The notes below the pieces were generated by a model, which was given only the letters and a program-made list of their open reading frames with translations, had not been told where the DNA came from and ran no database searches. The translations under genes and the position numbers were made by a program. A stretch of 61,735 nucleotides of DNA, filler included, from Choristocarpus tenellus KU-1152 (taxonomy: Eukaryota > Protista > Phaeophyceae): NCBI GenBank assembly GCA_964200185.2. It is 13 parts of 13 records of this genome, joined end to end, with 100 filler letters (N's around TTAATTAATTAA, not from the genome) between each part and the next. Parts side by side here need not be neighbours in the genome. Positions count along the whole stretch, not along the records: positions 22,687 to 27,350 come from CAXNAD020013563.1; positions 27,451 to 35,515 come from CAXNAD020005208.1; positions 35,616 to 38,141 come from CAXNAD020027053.1; 10 more parts are not named here. One strand, given 5' to 3'. Positions within the stretch are counted from its first letter, which is position 1. The number at the start of each line of letters is the position of its first letter. Positions 25,763 to 38,241 of this stretch are shown piece by piece.

Positions 25763-25941
25763 GGGTCAAAGTATCTGGGGGGGGGGTGCCGGCGTCCGTT
25801 TTTCGCCCTTTTTTCGATTTTCACTTTTTGGTGTGATTTGGCCGCACGTGTCGGATTTGAAATGTCAGGAAAAAAGAAGAGTTGTTTGACCGAAATGGAC
25901 GCCCCCTCACAAACCACCCACCCCCCCAGATACTTTGACCC
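25763..25941 (+). mobile_element. MITE family C, full length, TSD AGGT
   Basis: Perfect GGGTCAAAGTATCTGGGGGGG / CCCCCCCAGATACTTTGACCC TIRs; the empty site near 19455-19480 has a single AGGT (ACCT on + strand). Confidence 0.92.
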
Positions 25942-27224
25942 AGGTGCTGGACAGATCAGACCGTTCAAACAACCTCATGGAAATGACGGATGCGATTTAG
26001 AACATAGCCTTTTGCGGACGTCTTCGCCTCTGCCAGAAGGGGCGGAGACGCGGAAGATGCAGCGCCATCTACTACGAGGCATGAGGATGATGATGAAACG
26101 TCCGCGCATGGTGATGACGACGTCGTGACACATGACGTGGTTAACTCCGGCGATGCATCTGTCGTGGGGATCACCAAAGCCTTCATGGAGGCATGTGTTA
26201 CCGAGCTCCTACGATCGGCAATAAAAACCGCTTTATCGCAGTACCGAGTTCAAACCCAAATCCTTACCCAGGTCATATACGACCATGGGTTCAGGCTCAA
26301 CAAGGCTGGCAGAGCGACCAAAAATCTTGTATTCGGGGATGACTGCTACGTCCATGAGCCTACACAGCTAAAACTCAGCGGTCGTGGAGGGAAGTCCAGC
26401 AGCATGTTGCGTCCCAAGCATGTGGAAGCACTCCATGAAAAGAAGGCCATCTTCATGAGCCTCGTGAAGCCCGAACCATGGAATGAAAGGTACTCCACGC
26501 GCCTAAATCTCTGGCACCTTCTAACCGAGGCATACCCGAAGCTTGTAGAGTGGTGGAGAAGGGTGAGGAATGCGATTCGACTTCGCCCACCAATTGAAAT
26601 AGGGCTTCAGTCGTTTCAGTTTTTGTTGAAGTACGGGTCGAGTTACTTTAGTCTGATTCGCGCATCAGTATACCTTGCCTTGGTGTCCGACTACCATGTT
26701 CATGCAGTTTCCATCCGATGAGTTAAGCATTTACACAGTTTCCATCCGACACATGCAAGCAAATAAACGAAATACTAAATTTAAACAGTCTATGGAGTAT
26801 TTCTTGTTCCTCATGCACACACCGGGACAACAGGCCCTAAATGGTAGTCCTCTTTGTGCACATACCAGACACGACTCATGCAAGCAAATAAACGAAAAAA
26901 CTAACCTCGAAACAGTCCATGGTCTTTTTTTCCAATTCCTCGTTCTAACACTGGGACAACACACCCTAAACGACAGCCTTCTTTATGTGCTATCCAAATC
27001 CCACTCATGCAACCAACAAACCAATAACCAACCCTGAAACAACCAGTGGCATATATATATACTCTCATTCTTCATCTAATTATACGACCAACACACATCA
27101 ACCAATAAACCTGTTTGAACACATTCGAAACCCGACATTTGCAAACGTCGAAACTCCTAACCAAGCCCAAATAAATGGTGGCATATATTCCCATTCCTCG
27201 TGCGTACACAAGGACAGAAGAGAA

Positions 27225-27350
27225 GACTCAAAGTATCTGGGGGGGGTGGCGGCTGTCCATTTGGGGCCAATTTTTTCATGTCGCGATTTTTAGGTGATTT
27301 GGTTCATACGTTGGATGGATAGTGAAAGTGTACTTTTCCTGTTTTTGGCC
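27225..27350 (+). mobile_element. MITE family B, truncated by the contig end
   Basis: GACTCAAAGTATCT-16nt-GTCCATTTGGGG followed by B internal sequence. Confidence 0.85.
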
Positions 27351-27450
27351 NNNNNNNNNNNNNNNNNNNNNNNNNNNNNNNNNNNNNNNNNNNNTTAATT
27401 AATTAANNNNNNNNNNNNNNNNNNNNNNNNNNNNNNNNNNNNNNNNNNNN

Positions 27451-27480
27451 CCGACACCCCCCCCCAAGATACTTTGACCC
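27451..27480 (-). mobile_element. Family B/C-type terminus at the contig start
   Basis: C-run followed by AAGATACTTTGACCC. Confidence 0.7.
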
Positions 27481-27608
27481 CTACATCAGTCAAGACACTG
27501 TGTCACACTCTACAGCTCGATGCCCAGCACTGCAACATATGGTTGCTGAGCCTGAGCTGACAATTACACGGTCACAATTCACATTCTCAACACACAAACT
27601 GAAGACAC

Positions 27609-27758
27609 AATATCCCCGACCTAACACCCTCATAAGAAGGATACGAGAACCATAGCAGTATTGTTAATGGTGGTTGGATTTATAATATCCCCAACCTAAC
27701 AACCTCATAAGAAGGATATGAGAACTATAGCAGTGTTGTTAGTGGTGGTTGGATTTAT
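27609..27758. repeat. Tandem duplication, 75-bp unit x2
   Basis: AATATCCCCRACCTAACA...GGTTGGATTTAT at 27609 and 27684. Confidence 0.88.
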
Positions 27759-30700
27759 ACCTCTGAATTTCGCTTATCACTATGCAGGACACCTAGATTC
27801 GGATACCTACTTACAGGGTCTTCTCGAAAATCGTCCAGCTGTCGGTTCAGAGTGATTCGTGTGGCCTCGGACACAGAATGAGCATCGAGGCCCTTCTGCC
27901 CTTCCGTAGATGGGGGTATGGTCCCACTCTGAAAACCCCGACCCTGCGCCCTCCCTCCCCTCTCACGGCCTGGACAGGAGTTGATTGGAAACAGTCGTCA
28001 AAAAAGACCGTGACAAGGTAGGGCGGGAATGACACAACAGGAGGGGGCTCGAGTGAGGGGGGAGCTTATTCGTCAGTCATGATAAGACAAGTGAAACGGA
28101 CGGCCTTGTGTTGAAGAGAACATAAGAGAGGGGTAAGTAGATGAACTGATACATTCACGACACAGCAAGCGCGTAAAACAACTTTCTTTCCACGAAATGG
28201 TTACTCCAACTTCAAGATTTTGAGAAGTGCGTGTCTAGAAAGACTCGAAACATACATTACTGGCAACTTCTCAATCCGCGTAGCTCATGCAACAAACTGA
28301 TGGATCAACATTTACTGAGTCTCCGCGACAGGTGAAGGTGCTTGGGGATTGAAATATCGCCTTTATAGTGCAAACGACTGTGCCCGCGATACTGTTGGCG
28401 GCATTGACAGGTATGACAGAGACCTTCAGCAGCTACTTTATCAAGAGTAGCTCGACCTAAGACAAGTTACAGAGTATTTCGTTGTTATACTGGGCAACAA
28501 GGAGCTTCTTTCCCTGTTGTGTTGCTCGGCAAGTATTTGTGAAATTAGTCTCCAGAGGACTGTATGACGCCAAAGGAAAACATACGGCGCGTCATCAACG
28601 GTGAGATCTCTTCCACTTCAGTATCATGCCGTCACATCATCATATGCAGAAAAATTGAAAGCAGAAAGGAGTAACTTGATCGAGACACCACACCAGACTC
28701 GAGCAATTGATCAAACTATGGGAGTCGATTACGCAAACAAAATGGACCAGAATGCCAAATACTGTTTCCCTAACCTCACCTCGTCCTCTTCCCGGCGCCC
28801 GGTCCATCTTCCTCCTTGATCTCCACTCCCTGTTGCCTAGAGTGGGCCTCTCCCTTTTCATAGGTTACTCTCTTAAGTCTACGATTATTGGAGACATTGT
28901 ACAACGTTGTCATGATTTCACACAATGGCCCCAGGGTGCCCAGAGCGCTATCTGTTACCTCGCTTTCTTGTACAGCCTTCAACCTTGAACAAAAAATGAT
29001 GTTTCCTCATACCTTCAAGGGTTAGCCAAGTCTCATTTTGTGTCTTCCAATTTGTCCAAGCCAGCATGCATTAGCCAGTTTGCACACTGGCACACTACTA
29101 GGGAGCACATCAGTTTGCTATTCATTGCCAAGTGATACCCAGGCACACATTATATAGAACTATGAAGAGCGGTAGCTTTTCAATGTCACTCTCCATGAAG
29201 AGACGACCACCAAGCTCATGTAAAGAGCAAGAACAAAGCAATTGACCTTGGTTTGTGATTCACCCTTTTTAGAATAACAGTGAGTAAATTTCAGCAGAGA
29301 AGGGATCCACGGATGATAGGTTGTACAAATCTACATGAAGTAGGCTTGGGCCCTCGACCGAGCGAATGAGTTCCAATCTCTTGTGTCCATTATTTTTTGC
29401 TCCAACTTTTCTTCTTTTATGAACAATATTTTCTCCCTTTTCTGGGTGTTTGAATATGCCATACCCTGGGGGCAAATATAGAGTAACACCCAATACTACT
29501 TGAATTAATGGTGGTGCAACACCCTGGTTCAAAATGCACCTATCATTTCGCACAATGTTAAAATAGTGCATATGATGTTGGGCAAGGTGTGATTTTTAAA
29601 ATATTTGGACAAGAGACGAGGGGAAGTTGCAAGTATCTACTCCTCTATAAGTAGTGACAGGAACCAAAAAATCGATTAACTTATCGAGGAAAGTCGATCG
29701 ACTGTTGAGTGACCCTTTGGGTATGACGAGCACTACCCACACCTTGGACAACATATCATTCAACATGTTTTATCCATAATACTGGAGACAGGACATTATT
29801 GACAGAATATAGTGCCCCCTAACAATCCAGTCTGAAATACACATAGCACTGCATGCAGTGTAGTTTTCACAACATTCCGGTCAAAGACATACACATCATT
29901 GAACTATGTATTAACACTTTGCTTTAACATAATGTTAACATAGTGTCATACAGGTATATATAAACTCAGTCAGCAGGAAAAGTGGCGATTTCTAGCCACT
30001 TTCTTTTGTTGCCTTGATCCTCTTCGCCTTGTTGCCATGTGCACTCTGGGAATTTATTCGTACATGCATTTGACTGAAGATATACACTGCAGATAATCCG
30101 TCGTATTCCTTCCAAGTACATTAACCTTGATGGCAATAAATTAGGATGTCCTGCACTTCATATTGTACATTTCTACACATCAGCAAAAAGTGTTCGAGAA
30201 TATCTGTGTTCCTACTTGACAACTTTGGGATGATTTGGGGTATGAATGCCAGAAACATTTGCCCGCAGTCCAATTGTCGTGAGTATTATGAGGATAGAGA
30301 CAGTTATCAAGTCACCGAAGCATGATTGACATCTCCAAAGGGCATAGTCCGGTGAAGAGCTTGGGTGTAAGTTTAAAGCAAGAGATCACAAAACAAAGAC
30401 TCTTCCAAATCGAACAACTTGTCTATCGTATCTAGAGCTATGTACATCAGCCTGATCCAGAAAATATGAAAATTGTTGTGTCCTACAATTCAGACCACAA
30501 CACTACCCCACATATATGCTGCTAGCTGCATCAGCTACTACTGACTGACACTGATGATAGCCTCTCTTCGCATGATTGCAACCTCAAGCGAAGAAGATCT
30601 ATTGTAAAACTTGATATCCATTCAACCAGAACCACAACATAGCGAAAAATATATATTCACTTTATAGTACAGCTAAGAAAGACAATTCGACAATGAAATT

Positions 30701-30962
30701 CAAGGAGAACTTCTCAGCTTTCCGTTCCTTCTTGGCTGTATGAAGACCCTCACCACCTCGATTTCCAAGCCACCCTGAGCTATGACAAGAAGCTTGCCAA
30801 GCTCAGGCAACGCTTTTCATAGCCTGCACTCTACCCAATACTGGAGGATGCAGTGCTCCATCCATCCTAGTAGCCTACTTCCGCCCTCAAGCAAACCTCA
30901 TTCATGTAAGCACCATCACATCAACATGTGGGGGAACAAGCCACGTCTCCAGCAACTTAAAG

Positions 30963-33900
30963 CTAATCAGTGTTGCACAAAAGAGCACTGCCGCGTAGTG
31001 TCCAGAATTGAGGGTTCTTTTCCATAGTGCACTTCAGGTTTACCATAAATATAATATAGCGATCAGTCCTTGCTGAGTACTTGTAACAAGGGCACTCGAA
31101 AGGACCCTGGGCCCCAAACATCTCTCTCTTCACCTTGGCCTAGCAGTCCCGTTCCAGCCAATCCAATGGTGTGGTCGATGGGCAAGGCAATGAAGATGGG
31201 AAGGTGCATAATGCGTTTGAGTTATGCACTTACATGTGATGTGAACACTACTCTTCTACTGGTGTTAAGAATAAAGGAATCAACTGTTGATGGTGGTACA
31301 CCCGGCCGTTCAACAGGCTACAAAAGTGGTGAAATGACCTTAACTCTGGTATGACTGGTTCCTAACTGCACCTAACTAGGCTGTATTGTACCTGATCACT
31401 CTTGATGTTGGCGCTAACATAGAGAACAGGCAATGACACAAAGAGCTTCTTGGGCTCTGACTCCACAACAACACCCTCCTGCCTTGACCATGCTGCCCCA
31501 TCAAGGAAAAGCCCATGAATATACACACCCTCATTAGGGGGAGAGCGGACCTAGTGGAGGATTCCATAGAGTTATTGAGTGGGTCTGGAAAGGTAGTAGT
31601 TAAAAACGACACAGATGGTTATGGAGTCTAAGGGCAACTCATAGAGCCAAGAGATGAGGCCATTGCATGTTTGGTGCATCATTGAACAGCCTCAATTCTA
31701 TAAATTGGACCTACTTTGTGCTACAACTCGACAGAAGTAGGGTTAGATGCCTCTATTGAGGTTTTCTACCCCTGCCTTGAGGGCACCCCGAATAAATTAC
31801 CACCCAGTCCTTGCTGGAAATAGTCACTCCACCATTGAGGCGGCTCTAGAGCATTTGCCTCAATCCTGTCGTACCTGCTCAACACGTTCATAAGACGTCA
31901 CTTCAGTATGATACACAACATCATCCAAAGCCCATTTATCCGCCTTGTGTTTTCGTGTGACCTCCTGTTTCATTGCTGTGAGCATTCCCTGTACAAAGTA
32001 TGGAATTGGAGGGAGGGAGAGAGGACACTGAGGTATGGGTACAGCTTCTTGGTAGAGGAATCAAATTGAGGAAAATGTCACGGGAACACTGCTGATGTTT
32101 TCTGGCCCAGGCTGCGTCAATGCAAAACTGTCACCTCTGCAAAGTGCCAATTGTCCCAAAAAATCTAATTGGTGATAGAAGACATCAGCTACACGTGCCA
32201 ATAAAGAGGTTATCACTCAAGTTGACTTGTTTCTGGAAGGAACAATATCCTAGATCAAGAATGTCCCCTGGCACATTTTTCAAAGTATGTACTGAAATTT
32301 GCAGGTCAAATCTCATATCTAGACCGCACACATTATCTTCACCAAGCATGGGGGAAACATTCTCAAGTGGTAGACCAAAGGCTTCTCATCATGTCGAAGA
32401 CATGACTGACCTGCGGATTGAAGAATCCTGTGAGCCAGTAACAGCTAGGCCGACCACTATTGAGCCATGTTCTGTCCTGCTCATCCCGGGTGATAAGAGA
32501 ACTGAACCAAAGTCCCAGGGTTGGCAAGATCCACGAGAATTCGTCCCCGGTGATTGTAAATGCCCACAAGCGAGGTACCTGCGCAGAACAGTGTGGACAA
32601 GGTATGCAAGTACAGATAAAGGTGATTGAGATCAGCCAATAGATGTTTAACATTGCGATGAAATCACAAGTTATGGAAAAACATGCTTGTTAGCAGAGCC
32701 TTGCCCACTACATATATCTTCAGATTTTTCTGTATGGTAAGCACAGAAACTAGACCAACAAAAATTGTGGGTTCTAGCCACGGAAATACAAGACTCAGGG
32801 GAAAGATGGCATCGGCATCTGTGCTAAACAGGTAGTGCCAAACTATGGAGGTCACATGTGCAGGTTTAAAAGCATTGATTCGAAAATGGGTGTACACTAA
32901 CACTCCTCAGTCATAAGGAAAAATCTACCCACTATGCAAAAACGTTCATTGCCCATGTCATTTTACACATATCAGGTGCACTGCTGACCCATTCTAAAAA
33001 AAAGAAAATCCCCATCTTTAGGAGCTGGCATTCTATGTGCACCACTATGATGAACACAGAAGTACTTCCCTCACTTCCACTGGATCTCTTCCACTACATG
33101 GAATATGAGTACCAAGGATCCTTGCATCAACAGAACAGGGACAAGCGAATTTCACAATAGGCAACAATAGTACCCAAGGACCAAAACTTGAAAGTCAGCA
33201 CTAAACTCTACACACTCCAGAAACAGAATGCATGCAGTGAGCCTATACCATGCTGCCACTGCTTACCTTTGCATCAAAGACCGCATCTAGCGTCTCTTGT
33301 AACTCCTCAGTCATGACCACCTCGCCTTTAATGGCCAGTTGCAGTTGACTCAAACTGAAACGCACCTTGGCCACCACGCGTTGCAAACGCTGGATCTCCT
33401 GCTCAACACAAGGAGGGGTTTGGAGGCTATGACACAAGGATTGGTGGAGTGAGACTATCGTGAAGGGGTGAAGTGACGTGCAATATCCACCCCAGATCTG
33501 GCCAATCCTCTTTCGTCTCAGTTGTCATGTAGAAATCAATACGTACCGCTTACTCAAACTGGGTCCCTAGTGATTAGGGGCTTCATCCATGCAGCCATGC
33601 CAAGAGAAAACCATGATGCAATTGTACACATACCAAGGGGCCCTGCCCACACCACAGTCCAACATTTTTTGCATGTGGTGTCACTTGACTGAGTTGCTTC
33701 CTTTCCACACCTGGAACAGGAAAATATTGAGGGGGATAGCCAGCCCGCCCAACTTCTGCAGTTTTGCTTTGTAATCATCCTCTATGTAGTCTTCCGGGAG
33801 GCGTTCAAGCAATTCTGTTGCCTTTTCGTAAACCACATCTTCCCGACTAATTCCTCCCCCCCCACCGCCTCCCTTGTGGGTAAGGAAGTTCATGCAGACA

Positions 33901-35322
33901 TAAGCAATTTCCCCAAAGGATTAGCATGAAAGATCGTAGAGGTAACAAAGTGGGTATTGGAGAGTGTAAGATAGACAGAAAGGAATCTGCTCTAAGTGAA
34001 ACAGGATCCATCTCATTGTCTGGAAAACCAGTCCTAGACTCAGGGGTGGGGATTATGACTAGAGTAAAATAGAATCGTCTGCATGCCACATTGACCCAAA
34101 ATGGTGCACTTGTTGTGCAATATCTCATCCATCAGTATGTACGATTGTTACTATACTTCAATGGCATGATCCGTTGATTCATTGAGCAACTATCCTCCAC
34201 CGTTTCTGTGTGCATTAGTAATGCAATGATCTACACCTCCAGCATCTAAACTATCCCTTACCCTACTCTTCAACCTCACTAACCTTAGGTTGAGTATCTC
34301 CAAGTGTGGAGAATAAGGCGTTGACCTCTTTCACTCTGAAGGTCAAGTCGGCGTTGGGGTGTAGTCCAAATATTTCTGGTGTGTCTATCTCCGGGAATCG
34401 GCGCACATAGTCTTTAAACGTTAATATCTGATCAGAGCTGAAGGAGCAATAAACGACCAAAGGAAGTTCAGAGGGGCGAAAGGTAAAGAGTTTAGTCAGA
34501 ATTCCTTTATCCTCTTGCAATGTTCTTCTACATTCACTAGCTTTGCAAGTTAAAAAAAAAAATTTAGTTCACCTGTTCCCTTCCTCCTGCGAAAGATAGC
34601 ACAGATTGGTTACATGAACATGAGCAAATCTCACTCCCTATCTTGGCCATCTGCATATAAGAGAATGACTCTGGTGCTGACTTGCACAAAGCTAATGCTT
34701 GCTCTTACAAAATACGTCACCAACAAACTAAATACATCCTCTCATTGCGTGCAAGATTTTCCTACCCCTCCCATCATGCACTGTGTGTGGCAACAGCAGC
34801 TCAAACATGTGCACAAAAATTCTTTCCCACCTAGGAATGGTGTACTTGAAGTCTTGTGGGATACGGAAAATAGGGGTTGGCGGATTGTAGGTGAAGCTAT
34901 CAGCACAGGTGTTTGGTGTCAGCCACACCTGAGGTGCCAAATTTAGGAATATTTCCGGGACAGTCGAGTCATACAGAGAATGGGGAGGATTAACAGGAAG
35001 GTGGTCAGTTGGTAATACTGCTCAGCACACGAGATAGAGTTTGTATTAAATGCACAAGTGCCTGAAACTCCTGTGTGTTTGGGGTTGCAAGAGAAAAAGA
35101 TTCTTCCTCATTATAAGAAAGAATCTTCAAGAATGTTTTGTGCGTGGGCTATCTGTTCTAGGGGGTACCAAATTTGGTAGTATATTAGCCCAATACTTCT
35201 CAATTGAGCACCAATTCGGCATTCTTACTTGGGTGTAGGTCTTGAACATTCTCCTGTCAAGGTTGTCTGTGATCTTCCCTCCATATTGCACCTCAGAAAC
35301 CATGTACTGGAAAGTCGGCCAG
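30963..35322 (-). CDS. Axonemal outer-arm dynein heavy chain (gamma, DNAH5/8-like), C-terminal 9 exons: 35229-35322, 34831-34928, 34284-34437, 33711-33872, 33267-33398, 32411-32578, 31875-31988, 31392-31550, 30963-31139
   Basis: Phase-consistent GT-AG exons give [79 protein letters not shown] and WTLRGSALLCNTD*. Confidence 0.95.
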
Positions 35323-35470
35323 CTACGGTGCCAATACCATACATTTGTTGAAGAAAAATGTTATACTCGGAGTCAAACTGGTGGAACAAAATAGTTTCAG
35401 GTTCAATATAGGCACAACTGGGATGTTGCAGAACTCTTTCAGACAACCACAATGATTAGCAGATAAATCA

Positions 35471-35515
35471 GGCTCAAAGTATCTGGGAGGGGGTGGCGGC
35501 TGTCCATTTGGGGTC
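35471..35515 (+). mobile_element. MITE family B short-spacer end, truncated
   Basis: GGCTCAAAGTATCT-17nt-GTCCATTTGGGG. Confidence 0.85.
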
Positions 35516-35615
35516 NNNNNNNNNNNNNNNNNNNNNNNNNNNNNNNNNNNNNNNNNNNNTTAATTAATTAANNNNNNNNNNNNNNNNNNNNNNNNNNNNN
35601 NNNNNNNNNNNNNNN

Positions 35616-35785
35616 TACTCCAAAATGTTTCAGAGCAGATAAAATGTATACCTTTTGAAAAGGTGTGTCCGGAACAAGCATATTTACACTTCCTAACAAG
35701 CATGATACCCAAAATTACATCAAAATCACAACATTGGGTTTTCCCCCAATTGGACGCGACTCTACCCTCTAAGATACTTTGACTC
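35616..35785 (-). mobile_element. MITE family A, partial, at the contig start
   Basis: A internal sequence ending AGATACTTTGACTC. Confidence 0.85.
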
Positions 35786-38122
35786 AGGGAGAAGCGTGTG
35801 ATAGGTCTGCATACTAAGGATGCCGCTACAGCAGCCACCGCTGCCTACATTGATGAGATCGCTCGAGAAGGGGTGGTGGTGAGGTGCATCAGTGGGGATG
35901 GCGCTGGCGAGTTCGGGAGGAGCGTAAAATTCCAGCGCATGCTGACAGAGCAGGGGGTGGAGTGGCCCAAGACCCCGCCACGCACGCCCCAGAGCAACGG
36001 AATTGCTGAGCGGGCAATAAAACAGGTGATGCAAGTGGCGCGCAGCCAGCCGATACATGCTGGACTGGGGGAAGAATTCTGGTTCTTCTTTGTAGTCTTG
36101 CCTGGCAGATAGGTCCATCCCAGGGTCCAGTCGTGTAGATGTTGTTCGTATTTCCATGAAGCCCATCCCGTCCATGATAATGCTTTCTGCATATAGTTGT
36201 TGGTCCAGGGTGATGCCATCCTCACCGACAGTGTTGCCCACCCCAAACAGCTTGTCAGGTGTACCTAGGTCTCGCCCCTCGTACGTTTCCAGCAGGGATG
36301 CCCTTATCCTCTGGATCTCCTCTGTGAATTCCCCAGTGGTGGCAGTGTCGTCCAAATAGTTCATGAGGATGGCAATGCTTCCGTCTTCACTCTTCTTGAA
36401 GTAGATGCAATCGTTGTGTTGGCTGCTTGTCCATCCTTCTGCGAGAATGGTGTTACGTAGCTCATGGTACCATTCCATGGCTGACTGCTTCAGCCCATAG
36501 ATTGCTTTCTCAGCCTTGACGATGTGGCCGTCCGGAAGCTCCAGCCAGACGTCTTCTTGCCGGTCTGCATTCAGGTATGCCTGTGTGAAGTCCAGGGCGT
36601 CAATGCTCCAACCTTTGTACGCTGCGACTGATATGACGCATCGTAGTGTGTCGTACCCTACCACTGAGCTGAAGGTTTCAAAAAAGTCCACTCCTGCATT
36701 ATGGGTGAACACATGAGCCACGAGTCGTGCCTTACATCGTTCCACTGTCCCGTCTGCAGAGCGCTTGATTTTGAAAACAAATCGTGTCTTAATTGCTTTC
36801 CTCCCTTGGGGCAGGGCCTTGTCACCAAAAGTCCTTCTTCCATAACCCTCTCATTTCCTTTTCCATTGCTTCTTGCCACTGTTCTGCATCTGGTCCACTC
36901 AAGACTGCTTTCATTGTAGATAGCTCTTCTGCAACTGTCCTCACTTCCCCCATGAGACCCATAAAGCAGTATGCTTCCTTGTTGTCCTGCTGTTTAAGGG
37001 TTGATACGAAGTGGTTCATTTCCATTTCTTCATCTTCTTCCTGGTCACACAGATGAGATGTGTAGGCTACCCGCTGGCGCTGCTCCAGCCTGGCAGATCT
37101 CCGTCGTCCAGAGTGTGGGGCTAAGCGCTTGGACGCCGTTTGCGTTGCCCTATCCATACGCTGTCGTTGTCCCATTCTGGGAGAAATATCTTGACTTTGA
37201 TCAGGCCGCTTTGCATCTTGAGCCCTACGTCCAGTGTTTTGGCTCTCACTCCCAATCTCAATCCTTGTTGTGGAAGCCTCTTCTTCGTCTTTGGTATCTA
37301 TGTCTTAATCGATCTCAGACTCCCCCAGTATGTCCAGCTCTGGCTCCCCCACTAGCTCTAGCAGTTTGGCTTCAGGCTGGAAAGTCACCTGTGCCGAAGT
37401 CACCAGCTTGCCTTCCTGCGGGATCCACAGGTGCCAGCATAGTCATGCCCTGTCGTGCCCTACGAGGATCCCCCTCTTCGCGTATGGATGGAATTTGGCA
37501 TTTCTGCCACGCTGTTGCTTGGTCTAATGCACAAAAACCTCCATCCCAAACACACGGTGTCGCCCGTAGTTAAAAGGTGTGTTGGTCAGGCACTCACATA
37601 GTGTATCGCCTCCTAGGTACTCGTGCGGCATTCCTGTGGTCTTGTATGTGGCGTCTGCCACCGCAAAACACCAGCACTCCTCCCCCAGTCCAGCATGTAT
37701 CGGCTGGCTGCGCGCCACTTGCATCACCTGTTTTATTGCCCGCTCAGCAATTCCGTTGCTCTGGGGCGTGCGTGGCGAGGTCTTGGGCCACTCCACCCCC
37801 TGCTCTGTCAGCATGCGCTGGAATTTTACGCTCCTTCCGAACTCGCCAGCGCCATCCCCACTGATGCACCTCACCACCACCCCTTCTCGAGTCATCTCAT
37901 CAATGTAGGCAGCGGTGGCTGCTGTAGCGGCATCCTTAGTATGCAGACCTATCACACGCTTCGCCCTGCTGGCTTCGTCCACAAACACCTGAAAATATTT
38001 CATGCCCGTCACGTCTGGGTCAACGGGTCCTTCCAGGTCTGTGTGTACCACCTCCCCAACTGTCTTGGGACTGCAGCCACCTCGTGCGTGACTGAGTGCC
38101 TTGAACATGCACTCCTTGTATA
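35786..38122 (-). mobile_element. Ty1/copia LTR retrotransposon pol fragment (integrase ~37524-38122, RT ~36090-36960) with an inverted integrase duplicate at 35786-36085
   Basis: Integrase motifs HTDLEGP, SGDGAGEF, PQSNGIAER lie upstream of RT motifs WQEAMEKEM, KARLVA, LDFTQAYLNA, KAIYGLKQS, YLDD (copia order). Frameshifted. Confidence 0.92.
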
Positions 38123-38141
38123 GACCCAAAGTATCTGGGAG
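38123..38141 (+). mobile_element. MITE terminus at the contig end
   Basis: GACCCAAAGTATCTGGGAG. Confidence 0.7.
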
Positions 38142-38241
38142 NNNNNNNNNNNNNNNNNNNNNNNNNNNNNNNNNNNNNNNNNNNNTTAATTAATTAANNN
38201 NNNNNNNNNNNNNNNNNNNNNNNNNNNNNNNNNNNNNNNNN

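Larger units (their letters stand above)
23571..27224 (+). mobile_element. Long repetitive element, copy 2 (5'-truncated), with the disrupted unknown gene at ~23589-26721
   Basis: Collinear with copy 1. Conserved intron after LSEE (GT near 23974, AG near 24091). Lacks the segment equivalent to ~17370-18490. Confidence 0.7.

Noticed and set aside
16878-27224. Giant inverted repeat or palindrome formed by the two long-element copies
   Set aside because: The copies are on different contigs across an artificial linker. Both sides of that linker are short-spacer B ends, so they are not one element and adjacency and orientation are unsupported.
35762-36745. 327-aa ORF as a novel RT fusion protein
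   Set aside because: Its C-terminus is antisense read-through of the inverted integrase duplicate and a MITE end.
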